Shown here piece by piece: positions 37,317 to 50,490 of a DNA stretch of 64,000 nucleotides. This DNA comes from Octopus sinensis (lineage: Eukaryota), in NCBI RefSeq assembly GCF_006345805.1, contig NC_043003.1, forward strand, positions 70,184,001-70,248,000, read 5' to 3'. How positions within the stretch are numbered: the first letter of the stretch is position 1; every line of letters starts with the position of its first letter. The notes under the pieces were generated by a model, which saw only the letters and a program-made list of their open reading frames with translations, had not been told where the DNA came from and made no database searches. A program made the translations under genes and the position numbers.

Positions 37317-38143
37317 TATGTACACATATACATAAGCATGCAGACCACACACACGCACTCACAATCTTTTATTTTTGCTTATTTGGACTGCGGCTATGCT
37401 GGAGCACAACGAACCGTTTTAGCTGAACAAATCGACTACGTATTTTTCTTTTCAAATCTGGTATTAATTCTATTGGACGTGAACAAAGCGACATAGGTTG
37501 TTAATTGGTGGGTGAGCTGATAAACAAATACACACACGCACACAAAACACCCACCCACTCACACACACAGACACACACACACACACACACATCGATTTTC
37601 TCGCAGCTTGTTGATTAGTCACGAGTATATATATATATATATAATATATATATATATACATAAATGCAAAGTAGTCACACATACATACGCAGATAGACAG
37701 ACACACACACAAGCACAGGCACACACAGACACACACTCACAGACACACACAGACACAAACACACATACGCATGCACACACACACACACACGCACGCGCGC
37801 GCACACACACACACACATACAACACTGACACACGCACAGCACAGACGCACTGACACTCAAAACACACGCACGCGCATTTGCGTATCAAGATGAAAGGTGT
37901 ACGCGTTTCAAGAGTGCAAGTACATCCCGATATGCAAAGAGGAAGCCATTCATTGAGACATCCAAATATACACATGAGTTTCTGTACATGTCTTGATAGA
38001 GACAAAGAAGCCTTCGTTGGAAGTGACTGGCTTATATTCTTCGACGTTAAATATATCTCGAGAAAAGCACGCACAAACACACACACACACCTATACTTAT
38101 ATATATCATTGTACATGAGCGCGTATCTCAATGTTTATGTATT

Positions 38144-38262
<119 letters not shown>

Positions 38263-38590
38263 TTACATACACAAAAATATACATAAATAGATGTATACGT
38301 ATTTATATATCCGTGTCATCTCAAAGATAAATATACATGTGTGTATGAACTCATATATAAAGTTAACCTTCTATATATATATATATATATCGGTTTCTGC
38401 ACTGGCAAAAATACCCTTAACTTCTTCAGCACGAGTTACCATGATAGAGACTCCCAGCCCGTTGTGTTGAAGTCTGCGCTGCGACTGATTCGTTCAGCGC
38501 CGTAATCATGGCAGCCACCAGTGTGAAAATAATTTTAATACGGAGCAAATAATTCACGAAAAAAAAATGTGTATGTATGTATGTATGTAT

Positions 38591-39143
38591 GTTATGTCAG
38601 GTCACTTTCGAGTGCTACTGGTAACATGTAACCCAGTACTACCTGTTGCATGGTCGGGTCGTCGGCGACTAAACCGGCAACCCCACCAAGCTTGCTTGGT
38701 GAGGAGGGTGTTTATTGGACACCCTGCGGGATGAAAAACAAAACCCGTCAAACGGCGGAGGAACTTTTGAGAGTCAACGGCTATCCAATAAATGTCTTAA
38801 GGCTGTATCATGCGCAGAGACATAGAAATAATCGGACTGAATACCCGATCGCGCGGTTAAACCAATGGGAGTGAAGGACTCCTAACCTTTGTTAGGGCAT
38901 CCTTCTAGGAGAACGTAACTCAGGTAACTGGGATAACTCCGACATAAAACCTGCGGCTCAGTGGTTACCGATGATGTTGACTTGTTCTCCTTTTCGGATT
39001 ATAGCTGCTGTTGCTTAGTGAGTGGGATTGACTCAGTGCATAGCCTTTCCTCACTTTAAAAAAAATCTTGCACAGGCATTGCACGATAACAACATTGATT
39101 AAGATCGTGCAATGGCCATACTCGATAACGAGGGGGCAGCCAC
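38591..39143 (+). mobile_element. Non-coding retroposon resembling an RTE 5' UTR-derived element, embedded in (TATG)n
   Basis: GGGCATCCTTCTAGGAGAACGTAACTC...AAAACCTG resembles the RTE/BovB 5' UTR motif GGCAACC..TCTAGGAGAAGGAAAACTC; (TATG)n on both sides; no long ORF. Confidence 0.45.
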
Positions 39144-39246
39144 TATGTATGTATGTATGTATGTATGTAGTATGTATGTATGTATGTATGTATGTATGTA
39201 TGTATGTATGTATGTATGTATGTATGTATGTATGTATGTATGCATG

Positions 39247-39278
<32 letters not shown>

Positions 39279-39284
<6 letters not shown>

Positions 39285-39960
39285 TCGCCATACTTATATG
39301 GCAGTCTTATAAATATAAGACTAAAGCTGTCGCTGATTAGCTCCAAGAGGCCACCGCCTCAAGCTAGCTATTTGACACACAACCTGCGTTCATTATAAAC
39401 CTTCGAACAGGGGAGGTTAGTCGCTTCATCCTGCCAGTCAGACAGCTGCAGACATGTTTCAGGGTATTTGCCCTTTATCAATGCAGCGTAGTCAGACCCA
39501 GCAGGTGTCGCTACTGACTGTCCTGTTCGAAGAATCTATGTACCTAGTTTCAGTGGAATATATCCACTTGTTTTCAATAATAGAAATATTAAAATTACTA
39601 AGTCTCTCTAAAGGAGATTACGGCAGCGTTACTGGAAATTAATAGTTATCGCCATACTTATATGGCAGTCTTATAAATATAAGACTAAAGCTGTCGCTGA
39701 TTATCTCCAAGAGGCTACCGCCTCAAGCTAGCTATTTGACACACAACCTGTGTCCATTATAAACTTTCGAACAGGGGAGGTCAGCCGTTCATCCTGCCAG
39801 TCTTTCACTCGATGTAGAATCTACATCGAGTGAAAGACGGATGGACGCTTCGTTTTTGTGTTGGTGCCTCACTCTATCGTAGATTCTACGTCGAGTGAAA
39901 GACGGGATGGACGCTTCGTTTTTGTGTTGGTGCCCCACTCTGTCGTACGCGACTATGATG
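39279..39960 (-). mobile_element. Penelope-like pLTR remnant with partial tandem duplication
   Basis: 160-bp direct repeat (39279-39440, 39641-39802), hammerhead-like motif at 39451-39482, weak IENKWIYSTET..N similarity to a GIY-YIG C-terminus, 19-bp hairpin and about 63-bp tandem repeat. Confidence 0.55.
39451..39482 (-). ncRNA. Degenerate minimal hammerhead-like motif
   Basis: TTGATAA-AGGG-CAAATA-CCCT-GAAA-CATGTC with palindromic ACATGT; core deviates at C3 and G8. Confidence 0.45.
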
Positions 39961-40480
39961 ATTTGCATCCCCAACGTAAAACTTATAATGTAATACATGT
40001 CCTTGAAGTAGTAATTGTACGCGGCTGAAGAAGGCCATAGCCACACATTATGCATTGTTATAAAACCGTCTAATAAAGGCCCGAAACATATGTACGGCTG
40101 AATCCTTGGCATCATGTTTTTATTTTGATTAATATACTCTATCACCTACACCACTAAATGGTATATACAGGTGCTTACAATTATCAAGTATTCACTCTGA
40201 ATTTATATATATATATATAACACATCTATGAAATAGATAAATTTTTATATGTACACACTCACTCGGTAATGTTGCGAATAAAGGGTTCACGTTGGTTCTA
40301 TGTCAGCGTGTGTATATAAGAATTTTTTGCGTAATAAGATAAAAAACCCAAACTGTGTAGATATTAGAGCATTTATAGATATGTCTTACAGCTGTTTCTA
40401 GGATATTTAGATTATGCCTAACCGAAAACGATCACAATCACATCATCCAAACAGACCGGATGAAACCGGCTTAGCTGCTA

Positions 40481-40523
<43 letters not shown>

Positions 40524-40524
<1 letters not shown>

Positions 40525-40794
40525 TTATTTATTTAATTATATTTTCTATGACGGTCACACTGATGGTTTGCGGACATTTATGTATGTAAATATGTAAATG
40601 GTAACAATGAAACCTGGTATGTGACTAATCATTATATTTTGTATCTTTTCATTTGTCTTGCTTGCTTATGTTCTGATGTTTGCTGAATTTTCTTGAGAAC
40701 AATGTTTTCTTAGTGATCATACTATAGGCCAAATGGGGTCTACATCTAGCATATTTGATGTCCACCTAGTAGTCATCCGTCTTATATATATATA

Positions 40795-40829
<35 letters not shown>

Positions 40830-41086
40830 CTTATTTATTTAATTATATTTTCTATGACGGTCACACTGATGGTTTGCGGACATTTATGTATGTAAATATG
40901 TAAATGGTAACAATGAAACCTGGTATGTGACTAATCATTATATTTTGTATCTTTTCATTTGTCTTGCTTGCTTATGTTCTGATGTTTGCTGAATTTTCTT
41001 GAGAACAATGTTTTCTTAGTGATCATACTATAGGCCAAATGGGGTCTACATCTAGCATATTTGATGTCCACCTAGTAGTCATCCGT

Positions 41087-41089
<3 letters not shown>
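40524..41089. repeat. Two identical 260-bp units (40524-40783, 40830-41089), each bounded by (TA)n
   Basis: No difference seen between the copies. Confidence 0.95.
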
Positions 41090-41125
<36 letters not shown>

Positions 41126-41180
41126 CTATCGTCGCTATTTTATTGATTTTATTGTTGTATTTGTGTATATGTATGTATGT

Positions 41181-41586
41181 CATTATTCAGTTTATTTCAA
41201 GATTTCTTGCCAATAGAGAAAGAACCGGTTTCGAACCTAGATCCAAGGCTCCATCATTGGAATTTCAACATCAGCAACAAGGTATTTTTGTTTGTTTGTG
41301 TGTATGTATGAATGTATGTATGTGCAGATTTGTATGTTTTATGTATGTATTCTCATGCATATAGTTGCATATCTTGACAAGCTCATTTATATTCAAATGA
41401 TAAACTTCTGGAAAGTTTTACAGACTTTTACAGTTCCAGTGATGGACTGTATCTGTATTTTTCGAATTAGCCTTCGCCTTTCTGGTTTTGAGAAGCCTAA
41501 TTTCTCAAGGTTGGTATTTAGGCAGTGTGTTGCGTATCTCAGGGCCCCAATAATTACAGGTATAAACCTGAACTTGTAATCTGGAT
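41181..41586 (-). mobile_element. R4/Dong-like family B, 5'-truncated 3' end in (TACA)n
   Basis: [52 protein letters not shown], 3' UTR shared with 63700-63790, then the 110-bp terminal segment; TACA repeats on both sides. Confidence 0.8.
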
Positions 41587-44500
41587 ATGTATGCATGTAC
41601 GTACGTATGTATGTATATGTGTCTGCATACTTGTTTGTCCAATGATCCATCCATCCATCCACCCATCCATCCATCCATCCATCCATACATCCATCCATCC
41701 ATACATACATACATACATACATACATAAATACATGCATGCATACATACATACATACATACATACATACATGAATACGTATATTCGTTATTAGCGATGGAA
41801 GTAGTATTAGTTCAAAATAGCATTCTGCATATCTTACTTAACGTGGCTATATTGTTTGAAAGCCAGAAACCTGTGCTATTAGTCTCGACAAAGTGTATAG
41901 TGTAGACTCATAGCACAAAGTAAGATATACAGAATGCTATTTTTAACTAGAATCGTTTCTGTCGCTAATAGCGAATTTCTGCCCAACCCATCCTCCATTT
42001 GTAACATCAGTGGCTTGATAGTCTCCGTTTCTCTAAATCAGTGGAGGATAAATTTGTCAAAGTATGCAGTTGCTGGTGGTTGATTGTTACTGATGATGCT
42101 CAAAGAAGTAAAAATCTGGATGCAGCAATTCCATCGCCGTCGCTCGACACTTTTTATCTACTACTGATATACTTGTGTGCTATATATCTGCACGCGAGGT
42201 TTTCTCGAGGCGAATGCCGCAGTTTCCTGGCTTTCTACAGTATATCCACATTAAGTTGTATATACTGAATAATATATACATACATACACATATGTAGATA
42301 TATTTGCGTGCATGCGCGTATATTTATGTGTATATCTGTATTTGCGCTTGTCCCCTACCACTGCTTGACCACCGGCGCTGGTTGCTTACGTTCCCATGAT
42401 TAGTGGTTCGGCTAATAGAGTTCCTAATAGAGGCAACTATCTGAGCCCAGTCGATTGGGAAGGCGCCGCGGTGAGCATGGAAGCCGCGGACGCAAATCCG
42501 GATAAAGCCGGCTGCTGAGTATTAACTTTATACACGGGCATTGCTGGCATTTTCAATAGCTAATCGTCAGTGATGGTCTTCCGCAGTCACGAGTGGACAG
42601 ACATCATCATCGTCATCATATATATATATATATATATATCTATGTATGTATATGTGAGTGTGTGTACGCGCACGTATGTGCATATAAGTACGTATGTATG
42701 TATGTATGTATGTATGTATGTATGTATGTATGTATGTATGTATGTATGTATGTATGCATGTATGTATATATGTATGATTCCAGGTGTGTGACACGAAGTT
42801 AGAAAGTGACATTTTCTTATGAACAAATGCTTAGTTTACCAGATTTGTTTTTAGTAAACGCAGGAATATTGAATAAGATTCTGCATTGAATTCGAACTCA
42901 AGATGTATGAACTAGGGCTTGAATATCCTTATTTTTTCATCCATTTCAATAAAAGAATTTTGTTCTAGTAAGTGTACACAATAAACTCAAATATCTTTAT
43001 ATAAAACCGTTTCTAAGTTTAGCACTCGTTCATATTTGTAAGTTTAACACAAGACTAATATTTGTTCAGTCGGCTGAGTTAATTCTCGTATTCTACGAGT
43101 ATGTATTTTGTCTGTTACAAAAAAGATGAAAGGCAAAGCTAATTCCGGCGTGTTTTGAACTTAGAATATCGATAGTTATTATTAAATACTTTTGAGAATA
43201 ACTTATAATTTTTTTTTTTGCTGAGCTATATACCGAAATTCAATCAGTATCGTTCTGCAACTTTCTCCTCCTTTATTTAGTAACAATGGATAGAGAATAA
43301 ATATTTATTTTATCCAAAGCATTAATGTGTTGAATAGAATCAGCTGTTCCGAGGTTTTACGATTAACATTATGTATCCAGGAGTATTCAACCATATTGAA
43401 CATTTCCACAGAAATCTCTGTGCTACAAGTGAAACTAAGTTTATTTATCATTATTGGACAACAAACAGCAAGTCATTAATATTTACTTCTAGCTGTCTTT
43501 TGCCATCATAGTTAATATGATGGTAACTAGTTTAATATATTAATCTCGTGATAAACAATAATTTAAATAAATCAACAAATCCGAATTATAACAATGAGAC
43601 AAAAATAACTTTCAATATTATCAGAAAATATACAATCATAATTCTTCATTTTATCTTTCACGGAAATAATAAATAGATTTAAGAGTTAGAAATAAGATAT
43701 AAAATTTATGTATTCTAATCATAAATCGGATACAATAAAGATATGTAAAAATAGGTCTTTATTATAACCGTCTATTTTTCTCTCGTTGGATGCCATTTCC
43801 TGTTAATATTTTACAATTCCAAGATTTTTAGTATTTCGGAATAAATATCTGTTGAGTGCTGTGAAATAACAGGTAAACTTTTCGGAGGTGGGGGAAGCGG
43901 CATGGTTTCAGTTCTTAGTCGGAACCGTTGCACTGCTTGTTGTATCCCAGGGAAGGGAGTCATTATACTAATAGTAAACACATGCATTGGTTTTGTCTTT
44001 TCGACCCCTCTCACATACATTCTCACCCACACTCATATAAACATGCAGAACCTGTAAAGTAGGAGACAAACAGACCCGAAGCAGACTTGGTTGGAGTAGA
44101 GAGGACATGTTATTGATGAGGTCGCGAACGGCGACGAAAGGGCTTTGACAAAGCCAACCGATTGATTGACTGAACGATTAATCAAACAATAAATCATTGA
44201 AATGGTTAACTGGTTAGCCAATTAATTGATTAATAAGAATAAGAAGTAAAATAGAACTAGTAAGTGTGTTTATCGTTGTCATAATGAACTTCTCAAAATA
44301 CAAAGAAATATGTTTCAACACACGCGCTCACATCAAGAATCATGCAAACCAAATACGGAAACGAAATCATTTCACTTTATTTAATCCGCTAATAATCATG
44401 GTGAGGTTGTGAATATCGTCACTTCTGATTTATTCTCACATTTCCGAAATTACCCGATATAGAACCTTTGCTCAAAAGAAATCAGTTTAATATAAACCTG

Positions 44501-46603
44501 ACTGAACATTCACAATCAATGAAAATGTTAATAATCAATATTTGATGGTTGGATGAAATGTTCTAAGAACTGAATATAGTTTGAAACTCCCAGAGACGCT
44601 GTAATTTTCCACCATGCTAAATCTGGGATGAAGGTTCGGTTCTCAGTTAAATTATTTCATTCGTTTCTGATGACCTGTTTTCTGGTTATGGTTATTAACC
44701 TAGAGATGTCTCCTGTCAATAGCTTGAAGTGGGCTTCATTCAGTAGTTTTGTGTACTTCATATACAATATCTTGGAAAAGGCCATAACAACGAGAGGTGT
44801 CCATTGTTGATATCAAGAAAGGGTCATAGTCGATAGATAGGAAATATTCATAGTAAATAGTTGGGAGAGGTCCATAGTTAATAGGTAACAAAGACCCTTC
44901 GTTAATAGTCAGGTCGGCGGGAGAAAGCCACAATCAATAACGAGGTAGACTTGTCTTTTACATCCGAAAGATAAATCTGAGTCTGATGTCTTCAGTTTTG
45001 ATTTAGTCACATGACAAAAACAATCGGAAACAATCAATTGAATCTCTACGCTGATATTTCTTTCATTGGCAAAATAGTGATTTGCCTGAATAAATGCTCA
45101 AAATGTTCAGTGAGCGAAGTATTTACTAGTATACAGTCGCCATATAATCCAAATGACTGTGTCATTTAAGTGATTGACAATCTGCTGAAAATAAGCCATT
45201 TTGATTTTTTTTTTAAGTGTGACTGACTTACAAGTTCGTCTAACTTAGTGAATTTAGGAGCCACTGAGTAAGATAAATTTGTGAAAGGAGTAACCAGCGG
45301 AATAACTTAAAATTTTTATGAATATTCCCAAAGAAGAAATACCAGATCGTTTTGAGTGATCAACCATTAATGGTTACGGCTCTTGATTGATAAACAACTG
45401 ATCAATCATCCAAGAAAAACAGACGTTGTTGGAAGATTGAATTTTCGATTTACGAGCGTTTTTGTGGTTATATTCATAACGAGTCTACGAATATGAGTGT
45501 CACTAGAAACGAAGTGAGGTTTAGAAAAGTATGAGCATTATTCTATCTTATTTCTCCTCTTCTCCAAAAGAAGGTACAATTCCTAGATAAAGAAAACTAA
45601 TGTTTCTTGCCTCAGTGATGAATGAGGGCTGTGAAGCAAGATGTCAGAATTCAGAAAATCAAAAACTCCGCGTAGTTTCAATCTCAGGTCAATCACATCA
45701 TTTCACCTTTCTCTTTAAAAACGATTTTGTCCTAAACAAGGCTTGAGACCACTCTAGTGTAAGGGACTAGAAAAAGAAAGGCCCAATAAATTCAAAAGAT
45801 GTCGATTGACACAAAGTCCAAAGGACTGAAAATAATGGACCAGAGAAAGCAAGATGATGGTAATGAGCTCCAGAGAGTAGAAATTTGAAGAATAAAAGAA
45901 TTTTTGACTAACAAGAAGCTCAACAGAAAAACTACGCGCCTGGGGAGAGAAGATGACATGTTTAATATCTTTCAAAACAAAAAGGATATGGTAAAGTTCT
46001 GTCCCTTCAAAATATGAAGTCTTTACTCTAAGTCAAAAAAAATAAAAGCAATGGTTTTCATTTTGGTCGAGTAAAAATTCTGTTGCCGACCTGCAAAGTT
46101 TGAGAAATTTCTTTTCAGAGCTGAAATTTACTTCAGTAAACGTTTTTCAAAGAAATCATTTGGAAAAACATGTAGGTCAAAGTTTCAAGTTCCTCCCACC
46201 TTAATGTATAAAAATTTGCATGTATAAATTTTAATGTATAAAAATTTGTATTTAGTTAACAGAACTCTTAAACCAACAGCTGTCTTCCAAATAATAGACA
46301 TTTGATACATTTGTTGTTAGAACGTATCAATTCATTCATCAATAAAACTAAAAATTTGGTTTAGAACTAAATTCCCAACAAATCGTTTCCCAATTGTTAT
46401 ATTTTCCTTCGGTTATGCCCCACTAATTCTTGGTCTGGGTTCAAAATGTCAAACCCCCATTTCTCTATTTCCTAAAAGGATCAACTTTAATATCTTAGTT
46501 GAAGATAGTTATCTTGAAAACAATGCTATTAAATCAACCCTATTATGTTTTAAAAAGCCTGAAAACAAAATGCAACAGCAATGTATAATGGTGAGTAATG
46601 AGG

Positions 46604-46800
46604 AAGCGAGTTGGCAGATTCGTTATCTCGCCGGACAAAATTCTCAGAGGTATTTCTTTTGAGTTCAAATTCCGCTGAGGTCGACTTTGCTCTTCATCCC
46701 TTCCGGAGTCGATAAAATAAGTACCAGTCGAGCACTGGGATCAATTTAATCAACTTAGCCCCTCCACCGAAATTGCTGGGCTTGTGACAAAATTTGAAAC
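46604..46800 (+). mobile_element. Meta-like SINE monomer (tail B type)
   Basis: Homology to the units at 16284-16895. Confidence 0.8.
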
Positions 46801-47129
46801 AAATATATAGTGGTGAGTGATGAGTGGCGAATCGATTCACTGAAAAGTTCATTTCAACATTGACAAGAAAACGGTTTTGTTAGGCGGAAGGATCAGTGTT
46901 TATGACATTTCATAGTCTTTTGAGACTGGTGAGATTAATGCACTTAAATTGGCCCTACTCAGTAAGAATATATTTTGAGTTCGGTGTTTTTCCCGAATGG
47001 GTTTATTAACCCATTCGGAAGAGGTTGTTTTCTATAGACAACGGTCTAGATGGGATTTTAAACTCGAAGCGCACAGAGCCAGACAATCTGCAAGACATCC
47101 GCCATTCGACTCACAAACAGAGCCACCGA

Positions 47130-47295
47130 TCCACTTCCCTGTATTGATGCGTTATTTATGTCCCCCACCCCCGCCCGAGTGGATGAAAGGCAAACTTGAC
47201 CTCGTCGTGATCTGAACTCAGAGCACAATGAGCCGGGACAAAAATCCCGCACGGATACGGTATGATGCTCGAACGTTTCTGCCAATTCACTGCAT
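47130..47295 (-). mobile_element. Diverged Meta-like SINE
   Basis: GGATGAAAGGCAAACTTGACCTCG..TGAACTCAGA. Confidence 0.65.
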
Positions 47296-47473
47296 TTATT
47301 GAAAAGAAAGACAAGAACGAGTGTGAAGTAGCAATCACTCGTTTCAATAAATTTGTTTAAAACCAGAAAGAAAGATTTACAAGTTTTATATTTCATGTAA
47401 AGAAACTTATCAATGGCTGCTATTTCAACGTCTTAGAAAAGACATAACTGACCAGTTTCTCTTATGTTTTAAC

Positions 47474-47667
47474 TTTTATTTCTTTCGGTCATTGGATTGC
47501 GGCCATGCTGTGGCATCGTATTTTAGGGTTTAGTCGAACAAATTTCCCCCTGTGCCTAGTACTCATTCTGTCTTTCTCTTTTGTCGAAAAGCTACATTAC
47601 GGGGATGTAAACAAACCAGCACCGGTTGTCAGTCTGTGGTTGAGAACAAACACCACTCACACACATA
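47474..47667 (-). mobile_element. SINE family A 3' half
   Basis: Reverse-complement homology to the tail. Confidence 0.75.
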
Positions 47668-48315
47668 ACGCCTGTTGACAAATGACACAAGAATGACGTA
47701 ATACTTAAATCTACGTTAAAGGACTGAGTTTTATACCAAATTCTAATCATGGCGGTTTCACGGGAAGTCACAGGAATTCAAGACAAAGAATCATCCAAAA
47801 GAAAGTAATCCGAACAGAATTATACGAGTTTAAAGCATAGTAATGGAAGTGGCAAAGATCAAAGATGAGAACTTCCTGTGAAGAATATTAAAAAGAGGTT
47901 CAAATGCTTTCGAAGTAATTCTAGCGATTCTATTTTAGAAATATTCAATTTGAAGTAGGGAAGGCTCAACGTAATAGCTATAAATGAATTAGACATTTTA
48001 CGATGTTGCAATTTTAAGTTCTTCTAATTTTAACTGATCAAATATCAAGAAATATTCAATATACAGCAGACAATGTTCGATATGGTAGATGTAAAAGTAT
48101 TCTTCATTTTACCATTCATTGCATATACTCAATAAACAGCAGATGTCATTGCTGCTTATAAAGGCAATGAATAATGATACCTTGTGAATTTATGTCTTTT
48201 TTTCTCGAGGCCAGTAATATATAAAGTTTTTCCCAGGTTTTCATGGCGTATCAGTGACTGACATCACAACATTCTCAGAGTGGAGTGTCGGTTTATTGCA
48301 GGCTTCAAGGCCAGC

Positions 48316-48815
48316 AAATTTGAAGGGAGGGGTCAAGTCAATGACATCAACCCAAGTACTTGACTGTGGAGGCACATGGCCTAGTGGTTAGAGCAGCGGA
48401 CTCGCGGTCGAGGGATCGTGGGTTCGAATCTCAGACCGGGCGATGTGTGTGTTTATGAGCGAAACACCTTAGCTCCGCGCAGCTCTGGCAGAAGGTAATG
48501 GCGAACTTCTGCTGATTCTTTCGCCACAACTTTCTCTCACTCTTTCCTCCTGCATGTTGCAGCTCACTTGCGACGGACCGGCGTCCCGTCCAGGTGGGGA
48601 ATCCTATACGCCAAGGAAACCGAGAAAACCGGCTCTATGAGCCAGGCATGGTTCGAGAAGGAACAAACAAGTACTTGACTGGTACTCTATTTTATCAATC
48701 CCGAAAAAATGAAAGGCAAAGTTGGAAGGATATGAACTCAGAACGTAAAGAGCCGAAGAAACCCCGCTAAGAGTTTTGTCCAACGTGCTGTCGATTCTAC
48801 TAGCTCACCATCTTA
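48316..48815 (-). mobile_element. Meta-like SINE split by a younger SINE insertion
   Basis: Pieces 48316-48366 and 48669-48815 join across the target-site duplication. Confidence 0.7.
48367..48668 (+). mobile_element. tRNA-derived SINE, Arg-like head, tail type 3 (V-domain-like), with 13-bp TSD
   Basis: TSD AAGTACTTGACTG at 48354-48366 and 48669-48681; GCGACGGACCGGCGTCCCGTCCAGG resembles the V-SINE domain. Confidence 0.88.
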
Positions 48816-50081
48816 GTCAATCAGCTGCTAATGCTAAGTTTTGAAACTAGTCCATTTTATTATAGCTTTCTAGCGTTATTATGAGTAGCATACTAAAAAT
48901 ACAGTAACCTGTTTGTAATTTCTCCGTCAACTTTTTATTGATTCCAAAAGTTCAATAAATGTCATTGATACTAAGGCTTGGAACACATCAATGAAACGTT
49001 TGCACTATATTTTTCCTTATAGTTATCGGCTAATAAAAAATAATTAGAAAATTAATTACTGATGTTAAACTTCATAATTAAAATTGTATGACAAAATTTT
49101 GAGTAATTAATAGATGAGGATCGGCAATGTTACACCTAAAAGTGCTCAAGTCTTTGAATCTAATTTATTTTAAGCATCGACCAACATGGGATTGTAAATT
49201 ACAGAAATATTTATTATTAGCTCAAGTGAAAATAAACTTCTTACTAACTTATTGAAACAAGCGTTTCCTCAAACTTCGTCCGATATCTTCGCAGTTGATA
49301 GACTCTGGCGATGGATTCTCTCGTCACTGCGACGAACGAGGATTCAGCATGATACAGCTGCATTGTGTAGGGCTGTGGAAAAAGGCCATCACCCTTTGAC
49401 CGCCTCTGTACAGGGTCAAAGTTGAAGGCTTCCAGTAATATTCTCTACTTGTTTCCCAACGGTCACTGGGCTTATGAAGAAAGTGTGATGGAATAGGTGC
49501 TGGTGCCTTCGTTTGCTGAACAATTAGCACGAGGAATACTGCTACAGTGGGCATACTCTGTGTAGAACCAGTCTCACACTCTCGTCCTTCAAACATACAC
49601 TGGTCTGGTGCAACAAGTGGCAAAACCTCAGTAGTTACTCGGATGCAGGATTTGTGCGAAGTTATCTTCTTGTAGATGAGCAGTTAAAGGGCTGAAGTCT
49701 CTCATTTGTTCTGGGCCCATCGAGGTGCTTGTAAATGACATACTTCCACTGGCAGTTCTGTGGCATACTAATTAACTCATAAGAAGGACCCTAGTGGGTG
49801 CTACAAATCCAGGTCAGAATAGGCCCGGGAACAATTGTGACCAACAGGTGGTTCCACACTGTCAAAAAACTCGAACTTCCGAACCAGGTTTCTACTACCA
49901 GATGCTTTTTAAGGTCATACCCAGGACAACCCTTTTCAGGAACAAGAGATAAAAACAGCTTTCTTTGGTAGTTTTCTTTAGCTGATCTAAAGATATTAAG
50001 CCTTATCAAAAGAGCTGGAGAGATCTTCTGTTAAACTATTCTAAAAAAATAAATGAGAGCTTGAAAATTGATTTTGATGTC

Positions 50082-50287
50082 TTTTATTGTTTTCTTGTTC
50101 CAGTCATTAGCCTGCAACCATTCTGGGACACCGCTTTGAAGAATTTTAACGGAACGAGTCGACCCTAGAGTTCTTAGTTTTTAAAGCCTGGTACTTATTC
50201 TATTTATCTTTTTTGCCAAACTGCTAAGTTACGGGGATGTAAACACAACACCAGTTGTCAAATAGTGTTAATGAACACACACACACA

Positions 50288-50336
<49 letters not shown>

Positions 50337-50490
50337 CAACGGGCTTCCATAGTCCGTTTACCAAATCCTCTCGAAGGCTTTGTTCATCCCGGTGCTATAG
50401 TAGAAGACACTTGCCCAAAGTGCCATGCAGTGGGAACGAACTTGGAAACATGTGGTTGGGAAGCTTACTTCTTAACCACACAGCCAAACC
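50082..50490 (-). mobile_element. SINE family A
   Basis: Reverse-complement head-to-tail homology. Confidence 0.82.

Noticed and set aside
42430-42615. GC-rich segment ending in (CAT)n, possible LINE 3' end
   Set aside because: Only one copy in the window and no diagnostic protein motif.
43811-44060. Good-looking minus-strand acceptor (CTCCTACTTTACAG) and 73-aa ORF
   Set aside because: All three frames after the acceptor stop within 30 codons; could be a UTR or lncRNA exon but is unsupported.
45754-45975. Hydrophobic 73-aa ORF in unique-looking sequence
   Set aside because: No recognisable domain or convincing splice signals.
49300-49940. GC-richer segment with 99-aa ORF, followed by a short repeat-like piece
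   Set aside because: Probably decayed retroelement sequence, but I could not match any motif in six frames.
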